In this document: one piece after another, positions 11,849 through 21,013 of the stretch
How positions within the stretch are numbered: position 1 is the first letter of the stretch
How the letters are laid out: every line of letters begins with the position of its first letter
Position numbers and translations under genes: made by a program
Assembly: GCA_049512335.1 (NCBI GenBank)
Contig: JBEKXE010000001.1
Span: 56,987-120,986, forward strand
Source: Candidatus Lustribacter sp.
GTDB lineage: Bacteria; Vulcanimicrobiota; Vulcanimicrobiia; Vulcanimicrobiales; Vulcanimicrobiaceae
DNA: 64,000 nucleotides
Direction: 5' to 3'
The notes under the pieces: generated by a model
The model's database searches: none
What the model saw: only the letters and a program-made list of their open reading frames with translations
What the model was told of the DNA's origin: nothing

Positions 11849-14170
11849 TTGCTCGATTGGTTCGGCCGCGCGCCGCGAACGGGGCTCGCGCTCCTCGCAT
11901 TGTTCGGCCTCCTCATGCCGGCCACGGTAGGTGCGCAGGCCCCGTCACCCGCGGCATCGCCGACGCCCGCACCCGCCGCTGCGCCGGTCCAGCCCGGGCC
12001 GCCGGCCAACGCGCCGATGGTGGTCGACGTATCGGTCACCGGGAACACCCACGTTCCGACCGACGCCATCCTCGCCGTCCTGCACACGAAGGTCGGCCAG
12101 CCGTTCGACCCGACCGTGGTCTCCGACGATCTGCGCGCGATCAACGACATGGGATTTTTTGCCGACCAAGCGCCGCCGGTGATCAAGCAGCGGCCCGACG
12201 GCGTGGCGGTGACGTTCCGCGTGGTTGAAAACCCGGTCGTCACCAGCATCCGCTTCAACGGCAACCGCGCGGTGTCGGCCGATACGTTGACCGCGCTGAT
12301 GGACACCGCACCGGGCCAAGTGTTCAACCTCAAGACGTATCAAGAAGACGTCTTGAAGATCAATTCGTATTACGACAAGATCGGGTACGGCGGTCAGGTG
12401 CCCTCGCACGTCACCGACGTGAACATCGACAATGCCGGCGCGCTGACGCTGACGATTCAAGAAGGCCTGACGGTGCGGCACATCGTCATCGTGCCGCCGC
12501 CGGATGCCGATCCGGTGCTGCCGGCCCGTTTGATCACGCAAGCGCTGGTGACGAAAGAAGGCAGCGCGTATTCCGAGCAAGCGCGCGACAAAGACGTCGA
12601 TGCGCTCAAGGATCTCTACAAGAAATACGATCTCACGATCGGCGATTTCGAAGCCGGCATCGATCCGGCGACAGTCGACACGAAAGCCGGAACCGCCGAC
12701 GTGCGGTATGCGATTTCGGTCGCGCGGGTCGGCGCGATCGAAATCACCGGCAACACCTACACGCACGACGACGTCATCCGGCGCGAGCTGCGGCTGAAGC
12801 CCGGCATGCTGGTGACCGATTCGGGCGTGCGCAACGACTACAACCGGCTCAACAACCTGGGTTTCTTCGACAAGGTCGACGTGACGTCGAACCCCGGACC
12901 CGATCCCAAAAAACCGGCCTACGTCACCCTGAAGTGGACCGTCAAAGAACAACGCACCGGCACGGCCCAAATCGGCGCCGGCTATTCGGGCGGCATCACC
13001 GGTACCGGGTTGACCGGCAACATCTCGTATTCGCAGAACAACATCAGCGGCACCGGGAACAGCGCCTCGATCCGGTTGGAGAAGGGCTCCCAAGTCGGTG
13101 ACGCGTCGCTCTCGTTCAGCGTGCCGTACCTCGGCACGACCGAACGCTCGAACAAGTACAGCATCGCGGCGACGATCTTCACCCAAGCCCAAACCAACTA
13201 CTATCCGGTCTATCAAGCCACGCCCGCCCCGGCGCCGGGGATCACGTCAACGCCGATTCCGGCCGGCGCCCCGGTTCCGGTCTCGATCGTGCCCGCCGAT
13301 CCGACCAACTACGTGCTCGAGCCGGGCATCGCGGCGACCTACCAAACGGCGTCGACCGGCTTCAGCGTATCGCTCGGGCGCCGCCTCTCGGACTACTTCC
13401 GCACCTCGCTCGGACTGAACGTGCAATCGGTCGAAGCCAACGCGACGGTTCCGGCGCCGTATTTCTTCCCGAGCGAAAACAACATCAACCCGCTGACCCT
13501 CAACGCGGAGCAGTTGGCGAGCACGACCAGCGCGTCGACGGCAATCGGCATCAGCGCCCCCTCGATCGCCAACATCGATTCTTCGAAGCCGTATGCGTTG
13601 CATAGCTTGGTGCTCGGCGTCGGCGTCGACACGCGCGACGACATCCAGAATCCGCGCAACGGCTGGTCGTCGTCGCTCACCGACGAGTTCTCGAACACGG
13701 CCCTCGGCTCGGCGTTCGACTACCAGCAAATCACCTTCGACCTGGCCAAGTTCTTCCCGGTGCTCAAGGGCGCCACGTTCGGCGTCCATGGCCGTTACGG
13801 CGTCACCGACGGTGCCATCCCGGTGAACAAACTCTACACCTTCTCCGACCAGCAGTTGCGCGGGTATACCAATCCGTTCTACGGAACGAATATCGCGCTG
13901 GTCCAAGCGGAACTCCGCTACCCGGTTACGGCCGACCGCAAGGTCTCCGTCGTGCTGTTCGGGGACGACGGTGCGACGCGCATCGTCGGCGGAACGCAGA
14001 TCAACAGCGACAATTCGACTACCGACCTCAACGACTTCACCTGGCACGCGGACGCCGGGATCGGCGTGCGCTTCGACATCCCGCAGCTGGGCCTGCGAAC
14101 GCTTCGGCTCGATTTCGCCAAAGGCAGTCTCGGTTCGCATATCTCATTCGGTATCGGTCAGGCTTTCTAA
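11849..14170 (+). CDS. bamA: Outer membrane protein assembly factor BamA (Omp85)
   Basis: POTRA-type repeats (VVDVSVTGNTHVPTDAILAVL..., ITSIRFNGNRAVSADTL..., IEITGNTYTHDDVIRREL...) and a C-terminal barrel ending GIGQAF. The ORF track starts at 11588. An in-frame TTG at 11849 gives a proper signal peptide (...RAPRTGLALLALFGLLMPATVGAQA) and avoids the hairpin region. Confidence 0.85.
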   Translation: MLDWFGRAPRTGLALLALFGLLMPATVGAQAPSPAASPTPAPAAAPVQPGPPANAPMVVDVSVTGNTHVPTDAILAVLHTKVGQPFDPTVVSDDLRAINDMGFFADQAPPVIKQRPDGVAVTFRVVENPVVTSIRFNGNRAVSADTLTALMDTAPGQVFNLKTYQEDVLKINSYYDKIGYGGQVPSHVTDVNIDNAGALTLTIQEGLTVRHIVIVPPPDADPVLPARLITQALVTKEGSAYSEQARDKDVDALKDLYKKYDLTIGDFEAGIDPATVDTKAGTADVRYAISVARVGAIEITGNTYTHDDVIRRELRLKPGMLVTDSGVRNDYNRLNNLGFFDKVDVTSNPGPDPKKPAYVTLKWTVKEQRTGTAQIGAGYSGGITGTGLTGNISYSQNNISGTGNSASIRLEKGSQVGDASLSFSVPYLGTTERSNKYSIAATIFTQAQTNYYPVYQATPAPAPGITSTPIPAGAPVPVSIVPADPTNYVLEPGIAATYQTASTGFSVSLGRRLSDYFRTSLGLNVQSVEANATVPAPYFFPSENNINPLTLNAEQLASTTSASTAIGISAPSIANIDSSKPYALHSLVLGVGVDTRDDIQNPRNGWSSSLTDEFSNTALGSAFDYQQITFDLAKFFPVLKGATFGVHGRYGVTDGAIPVNKLYTFSDQQLRGYTNPFYGTNIALVQAELRYPVTADRKVSVVLFGDDGATRIVGGTQINSDNSTTDLNDFTWHADAGIGVRFDIPQLGLRTLRLDFAKGSLGSHISFGIGQAF

Positions 14171-14175
14171 TCACG

Positions 14176-14991
14176 ATGAACAGCTCACGCAAACGATTCG
14201 TCTCCCGCTTGGCGGCGCTGACCGGCCTCGCGCTGATCCTCTCCGCCACGCCGGCCGTGATGGCCGACGACACGACTGCCGACATCGGTTACGTCGATCA
14301 AGCCGCGCTGTCGTCGCTGCCGCAATTCACGGCGGCCAAGGCGCAGCTCGACAGCTTCGGCGAGAACCTCCAGAAGCAGTACATCGCGCGGGCGCGCGGC
14401 GCGTCGCCGTCCGAGCAGCAACGGCTCAGCGCCGAGTTTCAGCAGAAGATCGCCGACCGCCAGCGCCAGGTGCTGGGGCCGATCTTCGCGCGCGCGCAAG
14501 TCGCGATCGCCTCGGTCGCCTCGAGCAAGAACCTCTCGATCGTGGTCGACAAGCAGATCATGATCGTCGGCGGCACCGACATCACCTCGGCCGTGCGCGA
14601 TCTGCTGACCGGGGTCGGCGAGCCGGTGCCGCCGGTCAATACGCCGCCGCCGTCGACGGTCGGCTACGTCGACCAGACGCAGATCGACGCGGTGCCGTCG
14701 ATCAAAGCCGCCGCGCTCGACTTCCAAAAGTTCAAGGCGCAACAAGACCAACAGGCGGCTGCGAAGTTCAAGGGCGCCAAGACGCAAGCCGATCGCGACG
14801 CGATCATGCGCGATTACCAGAAGGCACTCACCGACAAGCAGAATCAAACGTTGAAACCGCTGGTGGACAAGACCGAAGCGGCCATGGCCAGCGTGGCCCA
14901 GAAGCGCGGCCTCATTCTGGTCGTCGACCGCGGTAACGTGATCTACGGCGGCACCGACATCACCGCCGACGTGACCAGCGCGTTGAAGTGA
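14176..14991 (+). CDS. Skp/OmpH-family periplasmic chaperone with an internally duplicated OmpH domain
   Basis: Signal peptide. Two OmpH-like halves each start (I/V)GYVDQ and end ...VVD...I(V/Y)GGTDIT. Sits in the bamA-skp-lpxD position. Confidence 0.75.
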   Translation: MNSSRKRFVSRLAALTGLALILSATPAVMADDTTADIGYVDQAALSSLPQFTAAKAQLDSFGENLQKQYIARARGASPSEQQRLSAEFQQKIADRQRQVLGPIFARAQVAIASVASSKNLSIVVDKQIMIVGGTDITSAVRDLLTGVGEPVPPVNTPPPSTVGYVDQTQIDAVPSIKAAALDFQKFKAQQDQQAAAKFKGAKTQADRDAIMRDYQKALTDKQNQTLKPLVDKTEAAMASVAQKRGLILVVDRGNVIYGGTDITADVTSALK

Positions 14992-14992
14992 C

Positions 14993-16318
14993 ATGAAGCG
15001 ACCACTGCTGGCGCTCGTTGCGTGCGCGATGCTCGCCGCTTGTGCTCGCGGCGGTTCGTCGGCGCCCGCACCGGCAACGCCGGCGGCCGGCGGCCGCGTC
15101 GGATACGTGCGGATGGACGATCTCGTCAAGAAGCACCCGCTGTTCGGACAGCTCGCGCAGTACGACGCCAACATTCAGGCGCTCAGTCTGGGCGGGCTCG
15201 TGCCGCACGTTCTGGCCGAAGGTCCGCAGCTCAAAGCCGAGGAGGCGCGTCTTCAGGCGCAGCTCTCCGCTGCCGCCAAACGGACGTCCGCGCTGCTCGC
15301 CGCCAAGAGTAAGGAGTACCAGGAACGCGAGAACGCGGCGATCGCCGCGGCGCTGCGCGGTGCCGCCGCGACCGGCGGCCCGAGCGTGGCCGCGATCCAG
15401 TCCCAAATGGAAGGCACCGCGCGCAGCCAGGCGGCCGGAGCGGGCGCGCAGGCGCAGCGCGATCTCGACGCGTACCGCAAGCAGCTCGAGGCGCAGGACG
15501 GCGCCCAGATCACGGCCGCCGAACACACGCTCGAAGCCCGCGCCGACCGCACCTACCGCGCGAAGATCGACGAGCTCAACGCCAAGGAGTCGTCGCTTTC
15601 GCTGCTGCTGGCCAATGCCGACGCCGCCGAGCGTTTGTCGTTGCGCACGCGTCTGTCGAGCCTCGCGCTCGACGACGCGGCGCGCGCCGACGCGAACAAC
15701 CAGCTCGCGGCGCTCGACCGCAAGGAATCCGACCAGGTCGCGGCCTTGCACAACCAGGACGCGCAGACGCTGTCGGCGCTACAGACCCAGTTGCGCGCCC
15801 AAGTCCAGCGCGACATGAACGCGCAGGTCGGGCAGATCCGGCAGCGCTCGATCGCGCGCTACCGCGAGCGTTCGGACCAGCTGCGCACGGAATTCGCGCC
15901 GAGCAACGGCCCGCTGATCGCCACTTCGCCCAACGGGCCGCCGACGGTCAACCCCAACCTGCCGCCGGCGTTGCGCCGGCGCATCGGGCAGCTGCACGCC
16001 GACTACACGCAGGCCTTTCAGGCCGACGCGAAACAGACGATCGCGGACTTCAACAAGACGCGGTCCGATCTCCAGCAGCGCTACGCGCTCCTGACCGGCA
16101 CCGATGCCGCCGCCACCCAGAGCGCGCAACTGGAGATCCAATCGCTCGAGAAGAAGCGCCAGGACCTGTATATGGAGATGGTCGCCCAAATCAACCGTGA
16201 AGTGAAGACGATCGCGCAGCAGCGCGGCGTCTCGACCGTCGTCAGCACGGTCGCGCCGGCCGGCGGCGTCGATCTCACCGGCGACGCTATGAAAGACATC
16301 GAAACGCTCCATGAATAA
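14993..16318 (+). CDS. Giant Skp/OmpH-like lipoprotein with a ~330-aa coiled-coil insert
   Basis: Lipobox (MLAAC). OmpH-like head segments at both ends (GRVGYVRMDDLVKKHPLF... and ...IAQQRGVSTVVS..GGVDLTGDAMKDI) are separated by Ala/Gln/Arg-rich heptad-like sequence. Confidence 0.6.
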   Translation: MKRPLLALVACAMLAACARGGSSAPAPATPAAGGRVGYVRMDDLVKKHPLFGQLAQYDANIQALSLGGLVPHVLAEGPQLKAEEARLQAQLSAAAKRTSALLAAKSKEYQERENAAIAAALRGAAATGGPSVAAIQSQMEGTARSQAAGAGAQAQRDLDAYRKQLEAQDGAQITAAEHTLEARADRTYRAKIDELNAKESSLSLLLANADAAERLSLRTRLSSLALDDAARADANNQLAALDRKESDQVAALHNQDAQTLSALQTQLRAQVQRDMNAQVGQIRQRSIARYRERSDQLRTEFAPSNGPLIATSPNGPPTVNPNLPPALRRRIGQLHADYTQAFQADAKQTIADFNKTRSDLQQRYALLTGTDAAATQSAQLEIQSLEKKRQDLYMEMVAQINREVKTIAQQRGVSTVVSTVAPAGGVDLTGDAMKDIETLHE

Positions 16319-16718
16319 ACTCGTGTTTGCGGCGCTCGCGGCGTCGCTCTTGGCAATGACGGCCTGTTCCAAGCCGCCGTCGAGCGACATCGGGCTGGTC
16401 GACGTCCAGCGCCTGACCGCGAACTGGCCGAAGTTCCTGAACTATCAGAACCAGCTCAACGCCGACATGAATGCCATTCGGGTCTCGCACGTCTCCGATA
16501 GCGAGAAGCAGCGCGAGATGGCCGGACTGCAGATGCGCTTCGCGACCAATCAGACCGAGCTGACCAACAACGTGCACGATGCAGCGGCCCAGGTCGCCAG
16601 CGACAAGCACCTGCGCTACGTCTTCACCCGGCAATTCGTCGGTTACGGCGGCGTCGACATTACCCCCGACGTCGAAAAGATTCTCCAGATCGTCGAGAAG
16701 GCCACGCCTACTCCGTGA
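16311..16718 (+). CDS. Small Skp/OmpH-like lipoprotein
   Basis: Lipobox (LAMTAC). IGLVDVQRL... start and ...FVGYGGVDITPDVEKIL end as in the two upstream paralogues. Overlaps the upstream stop by 8 nt. Confidence 0.6.
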   Translation: MNKLVFAALAASLLAMTACSKPPSSDIGLVDVQRLTANWPKFLNYQNQLNADMNAIRVSHVSDSEKQREMAGLQMRFATNQTELTNNVHDAAAQVASDKHLRYVFTRQFVGYGGVDITPDVEKILQIVEKATPTP

Positions 16719-17812
16719 CCGCCGATCTCGGCACGCTCGGTGCGATCGCGGAGCGGACCGGCGGCCGGGTGATCGGTGATGCCGGCGTGCGCGTCGGCCG
16801 GATTGCGGCCGTCGACGACGCCGACGCGACCACGCTGACGTTCGCCACCGACGAGCGTTTCTTGCGCGCCGCGCTCGGCTCGCGCGCGGCCGCGATTCTG
16901 GCCGCTGAAGCGCTGGTCGATCCGGCCGCGGCCTATGCGAAACCGATCGTCGCCGTGGCCTCGCCGCGCGTGGCGCTCGCCACGCTGCTGGCGCTGCTCG
17001 AAACGCCGCGACCGCGCGGCCCGTACGTCGATCCGAGCGCGGTCATCGATCCCAGCGCGACGCTGGGCCGGGACGTGTACGTCGGCCCGCTGGTTGCTGT
17101 CGGTCCGCAGGCGACGATCGGCGCCGAAACGGTGCTCGCCGCCGGGGTCGTGATCGGTGCCGGCGCGCGCGTCGGCGCGGCGTGCATGCTCCACCCGCGT
17201 GCCTACGTCGCCGAACGCTGCGTGCTGGGCGATCGCGTCGTCTTGCAGCCGCAAGCGGTAGTGGGCAGCGACGGTTTCGGCTGGGCGTTTCTCGACGGCA
17301 CGCTGCAGAAGATCCCGCAGATCGGCATCGTCGAGCTCGGTGACGACGTCGAGATCGGCGCCAACACGTGCGTCGACCGCGCGCAGACCGGCGTGACCTC
17401 GATCGGCAACGGCACGAAGATCGACAATCTGTGCCAGATCGGGCACAACTGCCGCATCGGGCAACATACCGCGATCGCCGCACAGACGGGTCTCGCCGGC
17501 ACGACGACGATCGGCGACTACGTTCAGATCGGCGGTCAGAGCGGTTTCGCCGGACATCTCACGATCGGTTCGCGCGCGAAAATCGGCGCCGGCGCCGAGG
17601 TGTGGGGCGACGTCGATGCCGGCGCGACCGTGAGCGGCTCGCCGGCGCGCGCGCACCGGGAAAACTTGCGGGTACAGGCGTCCCTGCGGCGCCTTCCGAA
17701 ACTCTACGAACGCGTCGAAGCGCTCGAACGCTCGCGCACCATCGCGTTGGCCGAAGGCCAAAGTGGAAGCGGCGAGCGCAGCGAGCATCCCAAGCATCCC
17801 GGCGAGCATTGA
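16715..17812 (+). CDS. lpxD: UDP-3-O-acylglucosamine N-acyltransferase
   Basis: LpxD-type N-terminal domain followed by long left-handed hexapeptide repeats. Position is skp-lpxD-lpxC-fabZ-lpxA. Confidence 0.9.
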   Translation: MTADLGTLGAIAERTGGRVIGDAGVRVGRIAAVDDADATTLTFATDERFLRAALGSRAAAILAAEALVDPAAAYAKPIVAVASPRVALATLLALLETPRPRGPYVDPSAVIDPSATLGRDVYVGPLVAVGPQATIGAETVLAAGVVIGAGARVGAACMLHPRAYVAERCVLGDRVVLQPQAVVGSDGFGWAFLDGTLQKIPQIGIVELGDDVEIGANTCVDRAQTGVTSIGNGTKIDNLCQIGHNCRIGQHTAIAAQTGLAGTTTIGDYVQIGGQSGFAGHLTIGSRAKIGAGAEVWGDVDAGATVSGSPARAHRENLRVQASLRRLPKLYERVEALERSRTIALAEGQSGSGERSEHPKHPGEH

Positions 17813-17860
17813 ATCCTGCAGAATCAAGCAACGCTCCGCAACGCGATCGAATTTTCGGGC

Positions 17861-18652
17861 GTGGGGTTACATACCGGCCGCGCGGCAAGCGTGCGCGTGC
17901 TGCCGGCCCCGGCCGGTAGCGGGCTGCGCTTTCGACTCGACGGCGCGGTCGAGTTTCCGGCCCATCCGGATTACGTCGTCGACACGCGCCGCGCGACGGT
18001 GCTCGGTTTGGGCGAACACCGCGTGTCGACGGTCGAACATCTGCTCTCCGCGCTGTCCGGCACCGGCATCACCAACGCGCTGATCGCGGTCGACGGTCCG
18101 GAGATCCCGGCGTCGGACGGCAGCGCGCTCGAGTTCACGGCCGCGATCGACGCCGCCGGCATCCTCGAGCAGCCGCTGGCGTGCGCGCGCACCGTCGTGC
18201 GCGAGCCGCAGGTGTTTCGCGACGGCAGCGCCGTGCTGGCCGTGCTTCCGGCAGCCGCGTTTCGCGTGCGCATGACGATCGACTTCCCGGCGCCGGTCGG
18301 CGCGCAATACCTCGACTACGACGGCGCCGCGGACAACTACCGCACGGCGATCGCGCCCAACCGCACGTTCGGCTTTCGGCACGAGGTCGAGGCGCTGCTC
18401 GAGCGCGGCCTTGCGATGGGCGGCTCGCTCGACAACGCGGTCGTGTTCGACACCGACGGCCCGCTGGTGGCGCTGCGCGCCGCGAACGAACCGGTGCGCC
18501 ACAAAGTGCTCGACCTCATCGGCGACTTCGCCTTGCTGGGCGCGTATCCGCAATGCGAGGTGATCGCGGTCAAGAGCGGTCACGCTCTGCATTTCGCCGC
18601 GGTGCGCGCGCTCGTCGACCGGGTCGCGGTGAGCGCCGCGAGCGCCGGATAG
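17861..18652 (+). CDS. lpxC: UDP-3-O-acyl-N-acetylglucosamine deacetylase (start probably upstream at 17813-17816)
   Basis: Motifs GVGLHTG, HRVSTVEHLLSAL, FRHEVEALL and NEPVRHKVLDLIGDFAL. The conserved N-terminus LQNQATLRNAIEFSG is encoded in frame upstream of the first GTG. Confidence 0.9.
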   Translation: MGLHTGRAASVRVLPAPAGSGLRFRLDGAVEFPAHPDYVVDTRRATVLGLGEHRVSTVEHLLSALSGTGITNALIAVDGPEIPASDGSALEFTAAIDAAGILEQPLACARTVVREPQVFRDGSAVLAVLPAAAFRVRMTIDFPAPVGAQYLDYDGAADNYRTAIAPNRTFGFRHEVEALLERGLAMGGSLDNAVVFDTDGPLVALRAANEPVRHKVLDLIGDFALLGAYPQCEVIAVKSGHALHFAAVRALVDRVAVSAASAG

Positions 18653-18657
18653 CACCG

Positions 18658-19131
18658 ATGGCGATCGTCGACATCCGCGAGATCATGACGATCCTGCCGC
18701 ATCGGTACCCGATGCTGCTGATCGATCGCATCCTCGAGCTCGAGCCGATGACGTACGCGCGCGGCTACAAGAACATCACCGCCAACGAGCCGATGTTCAC
18801 CGGACACTTTCCCGGCAATCCGGTACTGCCCGGCGTGTACATGGTCGAGGCGCTGGCGCAGCTCGGCGGCACGACGGTGCTCGAACCGGGCGACATGGCG
18901 CGTAAGGTCGTCTATCTGGTCGGCATCGACAAGGTGAAGTTTCGGCGTCCGGTCGTGCCGGGCGACCGCCTCGACATGGAAGCGCGCATGCTGCGCACAC
19001 GGCGCAACATCGGCTGGGTGAGCGTCGAAGCGACGGTCGACGGTAAGGTTGCGTGCAGCGGCGAGCTGATGTTTTCGATCGGCGGCGACGCACAGAGCTT
19101 CGCGTACGACGCGACCATCCTGCATCAGTGA
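18658..19131 (+). CDS. fabZ: 3-hydroxyacyl-ACP dehydratase FabZ
   Basis: LPHRYPMLLIDRI, FTGHFPGNPVLPGV, hot-dog fold length (157 aa). Confidence 0.95.
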   Translation: MAIVDIREIMTILPHRYPMLLIDRILELEPMTYARGYKNITANEPMFTGHFPGNPVLPGVYMVEALAQLGGTTVLEPGDMARKVVYLVGIDKVKFRRPVVPGDRLDMEARMLRTRRNIGWVSVEATVDGKVACSGELMFSIGGDAQSFAYDATILHQ

Positions 19132-19895
19132 TTCATCCGACCGCCGTCGTGCATCCGTCGGCGAACCTCGCCTACGGCGTGGAGATCGGTCCGTACTGCA
19201 TCGTCGGCGAGCACGTCACGATCGGGTCGGGATCGGTGCTGCTCGCGCACGTCGTCGTCAACGGTCACACGACGATCGGCGACGACGTGATCGTGCATCC
19301 GTTCGCCTCGATCGGCGGCACCTCGCAGGACCGCAAGGCCGCCGATGAGGTGTCGTTCACGAAGATCGGCAACCGCACGATCATTCGGGAATACGCCTCG
19401 ATTCATCGCGCCACCGGCCCCGGCAACTCGACCGTCATCGGTGACGACTGCCTGCTGCTCGCGTACACGCACGTCGCGCACAACTGCACGATCGGGAACG
19501 ACGTGACGATGTCGAATCTGGCGCAGATCGCCGGTCAGGTCGTGGTCGAGGATCACGCCGGCATCGGCGGGATGGTCGGCGTGCATCAAGACGTTCGCAT
19601 CGGCGCCTACGCGTTCGTCGGCGGGATGACGCGCATCGTGCGCGACGTGCCGCCGTTTTTTCTGGCCGAGGGCAACCCGGCCGAAGTGCACGGGCTGAAC
19701 AGCGTGGGCCTGCGCCGGCGCAACTTTCCCGCCGAGACGATCGCCGAGCTGAAGAACGCTTACAAGCTGATCTACCGCTCGGGCCACAACTTGCGTCAGG
19801 CAATCGTCGCCTTGCGCGACGAGGTCCAAAGCGATGCCGGGCGAGTGCTGCTGGCCTTTCTCGAAGCTCCGTCGGAACGCGGCATCTTGAAATGA
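19128..19895 (+). CDS. lpxA: Acyl-ACP--UDP-N-acetylglucosamine O-acyltransferase
   Basis: GTGA overlap with the fabZ stop. VIHPTAVVHPSA start, hexapeptide repeats, C-terminal helical domain. Confidence 0.92.
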   Translation: MIHPTAVVHPSANLAYGVEIGPYCIVGEHVTIGSGSVLLAHVVVNGHTTIGDDVIVHPFASIGGTSQDRKAADEVSFTKIGNRTIIREYASIHRATGPGNSTVIGDDCLLLAYTHVAHNCTIGNDVTMSNLAQIAGQVVVEDHAGIGGMVGVHQDVRIGAYAFVGGMTRIVRDVPPFFLAEGNPAEVHGLNSVGLRRRNFPAETIAELKNAYKLIYRSGHNLRQAIVALRDEVQSDAGRVLLAFLEAPSERGILK

Positions 19896-21013
19896 CGGCC
19901 GCGCCGCTGCGCGTGTTCGTGAGCACGGGTGAAGCGTCGGGCGAGTTGCTGGCCACCGACCTGATCGGCGCGATGCGCGCGTGCGGCGCCGTCATCGACG
20001 CCGACGGCATCGGCGGCGAGCGGCTGGAAGCGGCGGGCGTGCGCTTGACCCAACGCAACGCCGGCTGGGCCTCGATGGGCCCGCTGGACGCGATCGGCAA
20101 GATTCCCAAGCTGCTCTCGGTGGCGTTGCGCACGGCCGTGGCCTTGCGCTCGCATCCGCGCGACCTGATCGTGCTGGTCGATTTCGGTGCGTTCAACCTG
20201 CGGCTCGCGCGCATGATTCGCTCGCTCGGCTCGTCGACGCCGATCCTGTACTACTTTCCGCCCGGTGCCTGGCTCGACGATGCGCGGCGTGCGCGCGCGG
20301 TCGCCGAGCTGAGCGATCCGCTGACCGCGTTCGCGCATCAGCGCGACTTCTACCAGTCGTTGGGTTTGCCGATCAGCTACGTCGGACACCCGCTGGTGTC
20401 GACGATCGCGGCGCGGCCGCCGCGGCCGCGCGCGCCGGCCGGCGGCGGCATCGTCGCCCTCTTGCCGGGCAGCCGCAGCGGCGAGATTGGGCGCCATACG
20501 CCGCGGCTGCTCAACGCGCTGGCCTTGCTGCGCGAGCGGCGCCCGGGCGTCAGCGCGCTGCTGGCGGCCGTCGACGCCGCGGCCTATGCGGAATTCGAGG
20601 AGCTGTTGCGCTTGCGCTCGCCGTTGCCCGTGCAGCTGGTGCGTTCGGCGCGCGAAGCGCTGGCCGATGCCGACGCCGCCGCGGTCGCCTCGGGGACGGC
20701 GGTGCTCGAGGCGGCCTTGCTCGAGGTTCCGACGGTTTCGCTCTACGTGTTGTCGGAAGCGACGGCCAAGGTGGCTCGCCGCGTGTATCGCCGGCGTTTC
20801 GTCACACTGCCCAACCTCGTGCTCGACGAGCCGCTCGTGCCCGAACTGTTGCAGGAGGCTGCGACGCCGCGCGCGCTCGCCGATGCGCTGGAAGTTGCGC
20901 TGACCGACGCCGACGAGCAGCTGGCCGGCTTCCGCCGCTTGCGCGGCGCGTTGGGCAGCCCGGACTCGCTCGAACGCTGCGCGCGCTTCGCGTTGCGCTT
21001 GGCCGGACGATGA
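19892..21013 (+). CDS. lpxB: Lipid-A-disaccharide synthase
   Basis: ATGA overlap with lpxA. VFVSTGEASGE, LLPGSRSGEI, SGTAVLEAALLEVP. Confidence 0.9.
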   Translation: MTAAPLRVFVSTGEASGELLATDLIGAMRACGAVIDADGIGGERLEAAGVRLTQRNAGWASMGPLDAIGKIPKLLSVALRTAVALRSHPRDLIVLVDFGAFNLRLARMIRSLGSSTPILYYFPPGAWLDDARRARAVAELSDPLTAFAHQRDFYQSLGLPISYVGHPLVSTIAARPPRPRAPAGGGIVALLPGSRSGEIGRHTPRLLNALALLRERRPGVSALLAAVDAAAYAEFEELLRLRSPLPVQLVRSAREALADADAAAVASGTAVLEAALLEVPTVSLYVLSEATAKVARRVYRRRFVTLPNLVLDEPLVPELLQEAATPRALADALEVALTDADEQLAGFRRLRGALGSPDSLERCARFALRLAGR

